DNA of 64,000 nucleotides from Elsinoe ampelina (lineage: Eukaryota): the NCBI GenBank assembly GCA_010093995.1, contig ML992508.1, forward strand, positions 62,001-126,000, read 5' to 3'. The notes under the pieces were generated by a model that saw nothing but the letters and a program-made list of their open reading frames with translations, ran no database searches and was not told the DNA's origin. Shown in pieces: positions 44,999 to 56,238 of this stretch; positions within the stretch are counted from its first letter, which is position 1, and every line of letters begins with the position of its first letter. Position numbers and translations under genes: made by a program.

Positions 44999-45374
44999 TC
45001 ATGAAAGCTTCATGGACGACATCAGCTGCTTTACCAATTGATCTACTTCATTCAAAGGGGCATCAATCTCCATGCTCTCTACACCAGATCCCTGGACCGT
45101 CGCATCATCTCGTCTCTTAGCAGCGGCATCACTACCCGCCAGCGAGTACCGAGATAGCTCCGTCTCGATACCATGCGCTTTCATGGAGAGAAGGAACGCT
45201 CGCACTGTGTCTTTGACTGAAACTGTCTGCGGACTGTCTGGACCGAAAGTGGCAAGAGTGTTGCGGAGGTTTGTAAGGAGCTTTAGAGTGTGAGTCGTGC
45301 TTCGAGATCATGTGTGGTCTGTTACGGACCGCTTTCAGGAGATCGTTGGACTCCTCTTTGGATAGTGAATCCAT
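44999..45374 (-). CDS. Small hypothetical protein (about 108 aa, 1 intron)
   Basis: MDSLSKEESNDLLKA|LLTNLRNTLATFGPDSPQ...MKLS after removing a GTCCGT..AAG intron. Confidence 0.45.
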
Positions 45375-46099
45375 ATCTGATGCGGCTTTGTGTGGGAGTG
45401 GCTTATCCCACACTCTCGCCTAAAGTAGTTGCCGCCGTGTTCTCTCCTGAGCAGAGTCCCTCTTAACGTCAGCCCTTCATTTCTCTGTCCTCATGAAATG
45501 GACGGCAACGCTGGAGATGTTGTTCAGCCTAATCCTAAGTGCACGATCAACCCTGTACAACCAAGAAGACGGTAACGCCGTGCCTGGTGACTAGTCAAGG
45601 CGACCTACTTCAGTTGACCTGGAATCGCTCTCCTCAGCTCACCATTGACTATACAGGTAAGAGAAGAAGCGAAGTCGGAACATCGGGATGTGTCACGTGC
45701 GGGGCCCTTCGGGAATTGGTTTTCCCGTCGCTGAACAGCTGGTTCTCTCTTCCACCAAGGCGCTACCACGCGTTTGCGGAGGAAGGTGGCGGCGGATTTG
45801 CAAAAGGATGGAGCGTTCTGATTCGGGCAGCAGGAGATTATTGGAAATTGGTACCCATTGCCGGGGAGAAGGAGGGTTTTTGGTGGGCCTAGGGAAGTGT
45901 GGGAAACGAGGAGAAGTAGCAGCATCTGATGGAGAATGTCTTTGGAGACATTTGGGGTCTTGAAAAGATCCCCTTGCGACACTGGCATTGTACATACACT
46001 AGCTGTATCTTCTCGGCGCTGATCCAAATCGGAATTCTGATGAGCATCGACTAGACTTCCTCAGATACCTCGACATTATGGCTTGCAATCTCCACATCC

Positions 46100-46717
46100 T
46101 CAGACACCTCCCTTCGGCGCATTCTCAAACGACTCCCAATACCCATACCCCTTCACCTGACAATGATTCTTGACGCAGTACGACCCTCTCTGCTCCTTAT
46201 TCGGGCTCCTGATCACATACGGCTTCCCATAGCTCACGGTCCCACACGGACTCGTGTACTTGTCTCTCACGGTATACTGCTCTCATTAGCCACTCCTTCC
46301 CCCTTCCCTCTCTGCATCTCGGGAACTACTCACAGCCGTATGCGCCACCCTCTGCCACAAACAAACATTATCCCCCGGCCCACCATCACACGTCTGCGTC
46401 TCCCCTACTTCCCAGGATTTCTCAACCGAGAAACCGCCGTCGATCCACCCCAACGCCGCGTCCGGGGCGATGTTGAGCGAGAAGCCGACGGACATGCCTT
46501 CTGCTTCTGTGCGGCCTATGTTGCACGACAGGGAGGGTTCGCAGGTCAGGTCGCGGGTCAGTTGGATGTGGTAGTAGTTCTGGTGGGGGTCGCCGTCGCC
46601 GAGGCGTTCTTGGGTGGCGTGTTTGACGAGGCAGCGTTCTTGGCGAGGGTCGAGGGGGAGGGCCGAGGTGAGGTTGAGGGTGGTGAGGAGGAGGGGGAGG
46701 AGCAGGAGAGAGTGCAT
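46100..46717 (-). CDS. Small secreted Cys-rich protein, 1 intron
   Basis: Signal peptide; 'GDGDPHQNYYH'. A GTGAGT..CTAAT..CAG intron joins to YTVRDK...SPN...YCVKNHCQVKGYGYWESFENAPKGGV*. Confidence 0.85.
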
Positions 46718-48055
46718 TTTGGGGGAAAAGTAATGATTGTTGGTAATGGTGTGGTCTACTGATTGAGGAGATGATGAAAATGGTTGGTGGTCTGATGCTG
46801 AGGAACATCACCTTGAGCACCGTCTTATACTTATATATCGTTGCTAGCATAGAAGTGAAATTGAAGTGCAGCTGCGCCGGAAAGACAACAGTATCAGTAA
46901 CGATGCTACCAGCGGTGCTGTGCTGCGTGGTCTGTCCTTGACCGGTGTGATGGCTCATAGAGTCGAGCTGAAAGCTATACCAGAGATGCACGTTTCAGAC
47001 CTTGCTGCGGTATGAGGAGAGAAGTGGTACGCAGGATGATATGGATCCTCGGACTTTGGCCACAAGCTGTGCTCAACCCAGTGTGATCGTCACAAAGGCG
47101 ATCCATACGGGAGTCTCGAGGGAATGAATTGAAGTTCATGTGGATCCTGCTGAAGAGGTAGACCAGGATCTTGCACTGAGCTTCACAGCGAGCATAGCTC
47201 GTTCTGCTTGCGCACGATCTTTTAACATTCCTAGCCGGATATCGAAGTCGTAGTGCACGTACCGCGCCATTACTGTGCCATACAGCCGAATGTCTGATGA
47301 TGAGTTCGAAACACGCCAGCTCTGGGGTGCACGTTTGTGGAGCATAAAGCCAAGAAAGTCCCTGTTGCCATGCGCATGCCATAACGTGACTTGGACATTC
47401 TATTTTTACTTCGACGATTGCACCGAGCCTCATGGGTGTTGTGGCATGAATATCCTTTGATATGCCGCTGAAGGGGTCGCCACAAAGCTCAAACTCTGGT
47501 AGGCCATCTGATGGTGCAGATGATATGCCGTACGAACATCGCGTTATCATTGCCTGATTGCAGCCATCACCAAGAGCTCAAGTCAGAGCCAGGCCCTTGT
47601 ATTTGTGCAGGACAATCAGATAGGCAAGACAGCATCAACTTGCCTCCAGAATTGATATCCTGCGCCGCATAGAACGGGATGTCGACGCGTGGGGGTGGGA
47701 TCCAGTCTTCCAGACATTGTCTTGATGATTTGTCTGGCGCAGTCGCTGTGCCGCATGCAGAAATAGATTGCAATCTAATCACAGCAGGAGATGAGGAAGA
47801 AGGAAGAATGGTTCGGCGCGAGCACAGAACCTCTCAGCTCCCACTCCGCCCTGCGGCTGATATCAGCCTGAAACACGGTACCGCCGTGACCAGTGTTTGC
47901 CTTGATTGCAAACTTTTGGCTGTGCGCAGATCAGCATGGTCGCGTTGGAATATAGAGAGAAGTTGTTTCCTGACTTACCTCTCCTGCAGTCTCCCGTCGT
48001 AATATTTGTCCTTGGATACAAGTCCCGTCGTGAAGCGAAGAGCAAATTTGGAGAA

Positions 48056-48545
48056 ATGGCCCTCTCAACGAACGCAAGTCAGTACCCCCGGCCCCCCGAT
48101 CTGTCCCCGCATGCCCCCGCCCTTCGGGGCCCTTTTTGACCATTCGGCGGCGCTTTCAACAAACTGACACACCAAAGCATGCGGTCCCATCTCGCAATCA
48201 TCTCCCTTCAAGCCATCCTCTTTCGATACCTCGACGCAGCCATTATGCGGCTTCACTGGCGTCCCGAACATCACCGTGGCACAGATGGACAATTGCTGCG
48301 TACCGGGCACGTCGCAAGTGGCTAATGGATGTTTCTATTACTGTCAGCCACCTAGTAATGACACTGGGTTATCGGGCAGTTGTCTGAGACGATATACTGC
48401 ATTGAACAACACCGAAGGAGCCTTGTTGTCCGAGTGTAATCAAGCATACAGTAGGCTGAGCAGTGGAGGCGGACAGACAAAGCAGATCGGGGTCGGAGCT
48501 GTGATGATTCTTCTGATGGGATTTGGGCTGGCTTTTGGGGCCTGA
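48056..48545 (+). CDS. Small Cys-rich protein A with C-terminal hydrophobic (GPI/TM-like) tail, 1 intron
   Basis: 22-nt first exon and intron 48078-48177 give MALSTNATCGP...LCGF...NCCVP...GCFYYCQ...SCL...ECN...VGAVMILLMGFGLAFGA. Confidence 0.7.
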
Positions 48546-48688
48546 TCACTTTTCATGATCCTAAACTTGTCTTTGTTCATTTATATCCATACTACCAGTC
48601 TATCCAGCCAATTGTTCGTCCAGCTTTGCTCAAATCGCGTGATCATCATACGAAGTTAGCTATACGACAGAAACATGATCCTACAGCA

Positions 48689-48928
48689 ATGCAGAAGGAG
48701 GGCCTAGACAAGACCGCTACAGAAGCGATCAAGCCAAAACCTGGTGGAAGACCAAATATCATGGGCTTTGACTCGGGCGAGTACAAGATTCCCGATGAGC
48801 ACTACGAAGCAGCTGTCTATGCTATGATGTCTGGTATGGCTGCAGAGGAGCTGATCAAGAAGTACAATTCTCAGGAAGTGCCCAGCTTGGAGACAAAGGT
48901 CGGACAATCTACAGCACTCCACCAATAG
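48689..48928 (+). CDS. Possible small hypothetical protein (79 aa)
   Basis: ORF with plausible protein composition; no recognisable motif. Confidence 0.35.
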   Translation: MQKEGLDKTATEAIKPKPGGRPNIMGFDSGEYKIPDEHYEAAVYAMMSGMAAEELIKKYNSQEVPSLETKVGQSTALHQ

Positions 48929-49287
48929 CTCCAAGGCTAGGCGGGATCGCAGTGACCAAGTCCATATATCAATGGATTTGAAGACTCGCGTGGAAGATCT
49001 ATCCACGTCTGTTCCATGGTCCTGTCTAAAGGTGATCGAACCATTCTCTCTTTCGAGAAGACGAGGACGTAGAGGCAGCTTCAGCCGGGAGGCCTCTCAC
49101 GCTATGGAACCGCGCTGGAGCTTTACCAGTAGCCTCAGCGACGACTCTTCTAAGCATGGCCCGTGTACACACTATAAAATCAAAGATCCATTGACATACC
49201 CCACCATACTCAACATCTCAAGATCCACCATCTTCCAAACGCCAGCCTCATCAGTGTCCCTATCCGCATTCTACCTTACCAGCTGCC

Positions 49288-49726
49288 ATGTCCAACGCCA
49301 CCTCAGCCAGTAAGTCACTCTTTTCGATCACGAATACCCTCCTACTAATCCACCCCAGCTTGTCCCGGTCCCCTCACAGCGCCCAAGATCCCAGATGCCA
49401 TCCAGACCTCCCCCGACCCCATCTGTCTCTTCACCGCCCCCGCCAACTGGACTCTTCCCCGCCCAGGGGATTGCTGCCGTAACGGCACAGTCCAGTACCT
49501 GCCCGATGGGTGCATATTTGCTTGCACCCCGAATGCGCTCAGCGACATCTATGCGAGGAATTGTTTCCGTCAACTGGATGGTATAGTAGGGCAGCCTGTG
49601 GTTGGGCGCAATACGGAGTTCCAGGATCGGAAAGAGAAGGATAGTGGAGCTCCTGGACTGGGGATCGATGGAGGTCTAATCGGGCTGGTTGTGTTGGCCA
49701 TGGGGTTGTGGTTTGGAAAGTTTTAG
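49288..49726 (+). CDS. Small Cys-rich protein B, paralog of A, 1 intron
   Basis: 22-nt first exon and GTAAGT..CTAAT..CAG intron 49310-49358 give MSNATSATCPGP...ICLF...DCCRN...GCIFACT...NCF...LIGLVVLAMGLWFGKF. Confidence 0.72.
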
Positions 49727-49788
49727 AAAGCTGGGCAGTCGTTGGCAATCTACCTGATGGTAATCATGAGTAGAGCATAATGCGTGTA

Positions 49789-50694
49789 TCACAGCCCGTT
49801 CATGAGACGCTGTACAGTAAAGACATCTCCTTGATCGAACCAGTCCACCATACCGACTTGGGGGAAATGCCCGTGGATCTCCTTGCAGAGCGTGGCCTGG
49901 TCACCCAGACTCCCTTCGCCGGATGCGGCGTTCGTTTTGGGGGCGGCGAGGCGGTCTGGGACACGGATGCCGAAGAGATCAATGCCGAGGAAGTGGTTCA
50001 TGAGCATCATGCGGTCTTTGCCGTTGATGCCCCGGGGTCGACTGATATTGCATTGATTGAAGTCGTTGACGTTGGTAATAGCGAAAGGGGTCTCGAAGAA
50101 GTAGGTGAATTGGTTGAGTATAAACGGGGCGACGGAGAGGTCGGCTTCATTATCGAGATAGACGACTAGGCGAGTGTTCTTCTCGATCATCTCGGAAAGT
50201 GTTGGCCACTGGTCTAGAGGTAGTGGGTCCGCTGATGGCAGGAAAGCATAACGTTGGAGTCCAGAGTCTCGGAAAGAGTGTGCATACCCTTCCGCAGGTG
50301 TTCCATCACCATTGACGAGCAAGAGAGTGACCACTTCTCGCGGATGAGTGTCTAGCCAAGTCTTGATAGTCGCGAGATACTCGGTCAAAGATCCAGAGTC
50401 TCGCAAGAAGCATGATGCGTGGCACATATCCAGACGGGAATCCGGATCATCTTTGGCGGAGAGGTGGACTTGAGCTTGTAGGAAGCGAATGCCTGCGTCC
50501 AATTGGCCGACAATATCGACATTCTGATTGTCGGACGGGTGAATTCCAGCAAAGGCAGAATTGTGGGTGCCTATGAAGGAGATGTTCGTGTACACTCTGT
50601 CACAGAGTTCGGGCGATCCATTGCATAGTGGTTCTGCCGCGGCCACGAAGCCTACTATGGCTGTGGTCGATAGGACTAAGATTTGGAAAAGCAT
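49789..50694 (-). CDS. Secreted PI-PLC-like phosphodiesterase
   Basis: Signal peptide; 'CNGSPELC.R.Y', 'GTHNS', 'QLDAGIRFLQ.Q.H', 'WL..HPREVVTLL' and 'NHFL'. Confidence 0.9.
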   Translation of the reverse strand: MLFQILVLSTTAIVGFVAAAEPLCNGSPELCDRVYTNISFIGTHNSAFAGIHPSDNQNVDIVGQLDAGIRFLQAQVHLSAKDDPDSRLDMCHASCFLRDSGSLTEYLATIKTWLDTHPREVVTLLLVNGDGTPAEGYAHSFRDSGLQRYAFLPSADPLPLDQWPTLSEMIEKNTRLVVYLDNEADLSVAPFILNQFTYFFETPFAITNVNDFNQCNISRPRGINGKDRMMLMNHFLGIDLFGIRVPDRLAAPKTNAASGEGSLGDQATLCKEIHGHFPQVGMVDWFDQGDVFTVQRLMNGL

Positions 50695-51283
50695 GTTGAT
50701 AGAGATGTGCGATAGATTGAAAGAGACAAAGTCTAGAGAAGAGTTGGTGAGAGAAGGAATGGTAGTCAGGTCTATCCCACATCTCGCCCGCCCCCCCGTC
50801 GTCAATTAAGCATGTAGAGCACTAGAGGTCAGGTCAGTAGACGCTGAGTGTGCCCATCAGGACGCTTGTCCTTTGCCGCCACTGGTCGATTGACGTGCTG
50901 ATGTGAAACAGATATGCAAATGTGCAAACCAGATCAGGTGTTTTGGATACTCAAGGAGGGAGTGGTGCCGTCATGACTGGCTGACAAGCATCCAAGGATT
51001 CGTCCCTGACGTGTACCAAGCCAATTGGCGCCGCTCTTCACCTGCAGAAGCAATTCGATGCTAGACTCACGTGAAATGATGAGCACCATGAAGTGGACGA
51101 GCTCATGCGATGAACAGACTGTGTTTTGCACGCCAGTAGTTTGCTTTGATGGACTGCGGACAAAGAAGGAACAAAGGAAGGATGGCAAAAATTGTTGCCA
51201 TGTGGAGATCCTGCGCCAGAGCGAGATTTTTCCTTTCTTTTCCTCGATCATCGTGGTATCTTGTCACACACAAATCCCGTCGC

Positions 51284-52654
51284 ATGGTGATGCATCAATC
51301 GAGACTATTCGATCACCTGGGAGTGGACATCTCTCAACAAGTCGCTTCACTGTTGTCACGACGGGACCTACATACTTTGTGCCTAGTTGACTCAACCACT
51401 CGCAATGTCGCAGAGCCAATTCTGTACTCATCGTTCGAATGGCTCTGGTCGACAAAATCACACGGTCCTGTTGCGATGGTGTGCCTGCTCAACTCGATTC
51501 TGCGCCGACCAGAGCTCGCTTGCCATCTCACTACGTTGGTGCTCGCGAACCAATCCCACGTGTATGGTTCAATGTCTCGGTACGAGCGTCTCACGATACC
51601 CATTACTGACATGGACATTCCACGAGCTAGGAATGCTATCCGGAAGCTCGGACTCGACTTCGGTGCTGCGTGGGAAGACGCCGTGGTTCGCGGCGAGATT
51701 CAGGCCTTGGTCACCTTGCTTCTGCTCCAAGTCAAAAATCTTCGCAGCTTGCAGCTAGATCCGTGTTTCATTCTTCACACGGATCTTTTAGGCGGCTTCT
51801 TGCGAGCGACTTTGCGAAGCTAAAGGACAGCTGATCTGCCGTCTTATAGCAACCTACGATCCGTCAAGTACGATCACGGATCACTCCGGAGCAGACTTCT
51901 TGTGCCTTGCGATAGTCACAATCTGGCCCCATTCTTCTGTTTCCCTGGCATGATATCGATCACTGCGTGTCTTGATAACATTCATCAGCCATGGCCGCAC
52001 ACCCAGCTCAAAGGATTCTGCATAACGAACCTCGATTTAGAGGGTATCCGGGAAGGGCCTCTTGAAAGTTTACTCTCCCGAACACCGTCTGTGAAGAAGC
52101 TAAGATGGCCATGGCTGCACGATGACAATGAACAGAGTCCAAACGACACGCCCATAGTAGACCTGAATCAGATGCTGAAAAGTCTGGATCAAATCCGCGA
52201 TACACTCGAAGATCTCACGATTATTGCTGAGACACTAACTCCCTGCGAGGTTGAATCATTCTTTGCATTCCAAGGCTCTTCTTTGAACCTGAGGGCCTTT
52301 CACCGTTTGAAGCACATTGAGGTTCCCTTGCCCTTCTTAATGACTTTCACGCCGAATGTGGATGTGCGGATACAATATTTGCTTCCACAGACTCTTCAGG
52401 GGCTAGTTCTTAAGGACGATTTTCACCCTCACGTTAGCTTCCCTCCCGGTGGTCGGAATTCCGTCAAGCAAGACTTGTGGGAGTTTCCGGCTATCATGGA
52501 CATGCTCAACAGCTTTCTAGAGACTCGAAAGACGACGCACCCACACCTGATAGAACTCAAAGTCGACGTCGGCTCGATGGATGACTGGCAACCATCGAAT
52601 TGGGATGCATTTACCGATCTGACCCCTCGCTATGGGATGGCGATCGCCTTCTGA
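51284..52654 (+). pseudogene. F-box/LRR-like gene interrupted by a single in-frame TAA (51821-51823)
   Basis: ORFs 51146-51823 and 51902-52654 share a frame and the gap between them is otherwise open. F-box-like 'LSRRDLHTLCLV....VAEPILYS'; LxxLxL repeats downstream. Confidence 0.7.
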
Positions 52655-53286
52655 TAGACTTACTCCAAATACCCAAGAGAGCCTAGTCACAACTAATGAG
52701 TTTAACTATCTATAATATAAAAAGGTAAGAGAGGAGAAGAGCAAACTCGCGCTCTCGTTGGCTCGAGTCCCGCCAAGATTTCGAGCATTGCATCAGACCT
52801 GCTGACTAATCGGAAGGTCATGCATCCTTCCCCTCTCTTCGCAGCTCCCCGTCCTTTGGATTTCCTCGCTATCATCAAATGACACACGAACTCGAGAGCT
52901 AAATTTCCGCCGGCTGACAGGAACGTCACTCGTATATCTCGATGCTACTCTGGCCTGGTGGGATAATCGCAGAGCCCGGACACGAGAAGCGGAGCCACGG
53001 CATAGAAGCAGCCGCACGCTACACATCTGAAGCCGTGTTGCGATGGATCATCGCCTTACAAACAATGGCTCCACCGGCTTTGACGGTGTGCAATTTGTTC
53101 CATTGGCCACTTCGTTGTTTGGCGTCTTTGTCCCGAACCTCAAAGGGCTTCCTTTTGTCGAGATGTCGCTTCGAACAATCAGTCTTTGCTGTCATGGGCA
53201 TTGTGTCTCATCCATGTGAATGCCTTCGTATAAAGTAGTCTCATGGACTGGCGACTTTCGATGCATATCCATCAATCTCCGTCACC

Positions 53287-55176
53287 ATGGTGCCTCCGCC
53301 ACGCAGATATCGAATCGGCCCCAGCGAGGCGTCCCGGAAGCTCCCTATGTTTCAAATCCCACGACCTGCCGTTCGGCCAAGAATCATTGGACCTCGTGTT
53401 CCTTCGGTCCTCGAACAGCATTCCGCGAACGTCGCGACCCAGCTGTGGATCGAGGCCAATGAGGCTCAGGCACGAAGGAAGGCTACTGCACCAAGCGCTC
53501 CTGCTGAAACTCCTCAGGGCGCAGAGCAGGTCTCTGCGCCAGTTGAGTCCGACAAGGGCGAAGAACAGCTGGTGGCTGCTGTGCGATCCCTCAGCATATC
53601 ACCCAAGGCACAGGCTGCTCAACCAGCACGTCCGGCTGACCCGCCACAGCAGTCTCGTCCAGCTCCGCGCCGCAATAAGGAGGTCGACAACTTAGGTACG
53701 TGGTTTCCCCCTAACACTACTGCTGACGGGCACTATGCTGCACAGTTTCCCGACAGTGCTCTCCAGATATACTCCCAGCCTACGCTCATTCCAGGGCACC
53801 CTCCGAAGCCACAGCACACCGGCAGCAATCTCATCCAGTCAGATGGACGTGCAACCAGGCAGACTGTGCGACAGAATACCGAGTCACAAGCTGCTCGGGC
53901 TGGTGTTGGGTCAGCTACTGGTACTTCTGCTGTATCGCCCCCGAGGTTCAGATTCACTTTGGCCCCACGCCCGAGGTCTGATCAGAGTAGTACGAGCGTA
54001 GCAGACACAGCTACCACAGACGTTGCCCCCACTCGCAGTGTTTTGACGCTCAGACTTGGCAAGCGCAAGGCGACTGAAGGGAGTGATGCTGGTGGATCTG
54101 AGCCGCCCAGCAACTCCAAGCGCCAGAAGACCGGCGAGGACAATGTACCACTGTCTCAGCCTTGGAAAGGTAAGCGCAAGGCGACCGGGGAAGGTGATGC
54201 AGGCGAGTCTGGTCCTTCTGGTGGCGGTAAGCGTCAGAAGACTGGTGGGAACGACCCGTCAACATCCCAGCCGAACAAAGGTAAGCGTCAGGTCGACGAC
54301 GAAGACGAAGGTGAGTCTGAGAATGAGCCGAAGCGTGCCAGACGCGATCCATCCTCTTCCCCTTCCGACTCTTCTTCGTCATCAGATGATACCGACACAA
54401 CGCAGAGGGATCATCGTCACGGAGATCGTCTTATAGTTGTGCTTCCCGCTTTCATCAGCCCTCTCGACACCGCCTGGCCACAACGCAACCGCTTCAAGCC
54501 CGAGCTCCTCTTCACCATTCCATTCGCGGTGGGTTTCCGCAATGGTCGCGTCTACCGCCTGCGTGACCCCGCCAACCCCGATCCCGATCGCATCACTGCC
54601 CCCCGCCGTGTCGCACGTACTACTCCCGACTTCCAGATCTACACCGCTGGCCAACGCGCCCTGTCCGCTGCGGAACGCCGGGAGATCATCGCTCAGGAGC
54701 CCGACTCGCCATTGTCGGTCCACAGCTTCGACGAGGATGAGGAGCCTCCTCTTTCTCCTCCGCTATACCTTGATGGTCACCTGCTACAGCCGAGGCGCTA
54801 TCCCCCATGGCACCTTTACCGCTTTCGCAGGCCATCACCGGAGGAAAGTGCTTCCGTAGATGGAGGTGTGCCGGTCGAGGATGCTGCCATTGTACAGGAT
54901 GGTTCCGCAGTAGAAGAAGGCCACGCCATTGACGAGGAGGCCCCGATTGAGGACGGTCCACCCGCTGTGCAAGAAGACTCCGTCGACAGTGTCTCCGCAA
55001 ACCGGGAGCAGGATCGACCTAGAGGCAGGGGAGTGAGAATCGAGCTGCATGCGAACGGCGAGCAGACCGTGTACGATGCTGATGTCGAGTCGAGCGAAGA
55101 CAGCGAGGATGGTAATGACGACCCGCTTGCTTTGGCCATGGAGCGCATGAAGCTTAGAGGCCCGAGCCATTCGTAG
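53287..55176 (+). CDS. Hypothetical disordered protein with repeated bipartite NLS-like motifs
   Basis: 629-codon open frame, Pro/Ser/acidic-rich, with GKRKAT...KRQKTG repeats. Confidence 0.65.
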   Translation: MVPPPRRYRIGPSEASRKLPMFQIPRPAVRPRIIGPRVPSVLEQHSANVATQLWIEANEAQARRKATAPSAPAETPQGAEQVSAPVESDKGEEQLVAAVRSLSISPKAQAAQPARPADPPQQSRPAPRRNKEVDNLGTWFPPNTTADGHYAAQFPDSALQIYSQPTLIPGHPPKPQHTGSNLIQSDGRATRQTVRQNTESQAARAGVGSATGTSAVSPPRFRFTLAPRPRSDQSSTSVADTATTDVAPTRSVLTLRLGKRKATEGSDAGGSEPPSNSKRQKTGEDNVPLSQPWKGKRKATGEGDAGESGPSGGGKRQKTGGNDPSTSQPNKGKRQVDDEDEGESENEPKRARRDPSSSPSDSSSSSDDTDTTQRDHRHGDRLIVVLPAFISPLDTAWPQRNRFKPELLFTIPFAVGFRNGRVYRLRDPANPDPDRITAPRRVARTTPDFQIYTAGQRALSAAERREIIAQEPDSPLSVHSFDEDEEPPLSPPLYLDGHLLQPRRYPPWHLYRFRRPSPEESASVDGGVPVEDAAIVQDGSAVEEGHAIDEEAPIEDGPPAVQEDSVDSVSANREQDRPRGRGVRIELHANGEQTVYDADVESSEDSEDGNDDPLALAMERMKLRGPSHS

Positions 55177-55658
55177 GTCGCTGACACCGCCCGGCCACCT
55201 GCGAGATATGTTTCACTCGATGACACGGAGAATACGCCAGCTGGTCTGGTGAGCAGTGCTGGTAGGTATGTTGGCCTGCTTGATTCTTGTTAGTCATTGG
55301 TTGAGTGCTCGCTTACACGGAGCTTGGACTGCCCTGGTAGTAATTGGCATGTAATCGTAATGAATATCATGATCATTTGTTCTTCTACTGAAGCTGATTC
55401 GAAGTGACTTTGTACGACCAACGTCGTGTGAAATACCAAAAGGTCGACATACTATGTAAACCAGTGACATGTAGCATCTCGGCTGTAATTGTACCGAATG
55501 CCGTGAAGCTTGTCAAGCTTTCAATCATGTGATTGATTGGATATTGCTTTCCGAGCACCGTCACTTGTAACCTAGATCTGACATATATGCCAACGATATA
55601 AGTCTCAAGGAATCTCCACGCCACCAGCATCACATATCCCGCTCCAGCCGCCATCACA

Positions 55659-56012
55659 ATGTCTTCTCCCAAGCGCGTCTGCCAAATTGTCCGGCTCAAG
55701 CCCGAGACCTTTGCCGAATACAAGAAGATCCACGATGAGATCTGGCCAGAGGTCCTCCAAGCAATCAAGACGGTCAATATCGGCGACTACAGCATCTTCC
55801 TCGACGAACGCGACCATACCTTGATCGGTGTCTTCAAATACTTTGGCAACGACTTTGACGGCGACTTGGCCAAATTCCGACAGAATCCGTCAATGCAGAA
55901 GTGGTGGAAGATCACCGACGATATGCAGGACACGCTGGTCAAGGGCAGTACGGGTAGTACTGATGAGAAAGGGTGGTGGGTGAATTTGCCGGAGCTGTTC
56001 AGGTTGGAGTGA
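55659..56012 (+). CDS. L-rhamnose mutarotase (RhaM/DUF718)-like
   Basis: 'LKPE..AEYKKIHDEIWPEVL..I...NI.DYSIF', 'QKWW' and 'ELFRLE'. Confidence 0.9.
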   Translation: MSSPKRVCQIVRLKPETFAEYKKIHDEIWPEVLQAIKTVNIGDYSIFLDERDHTLIGVFKYFGNDFDGDLAKFRQNPSMQKWWKITDDMQDTLVKGSTGSTDEKGWWVNLPELFRLE

Positions 56013-56238
56013 TTGTTTGGCAGCCCGAGCAGGTGCGGGGCAGAGAGTGAAGCTCAAAAAAAGTTGATATTCGACGACGGATCTTGTACATACCGCATTC
56101 CACATCAACACGATCATTGTCGCTCATTACCCAGCCGAGACTCTTCACTAGTTTCTACCATGATCATCTGAGACTCCAATTCTTCCCTAGCCCCCACGAA
56201 CGCTTCCCTCCTTCATCCGCTCCCTCCTCACCACAACC

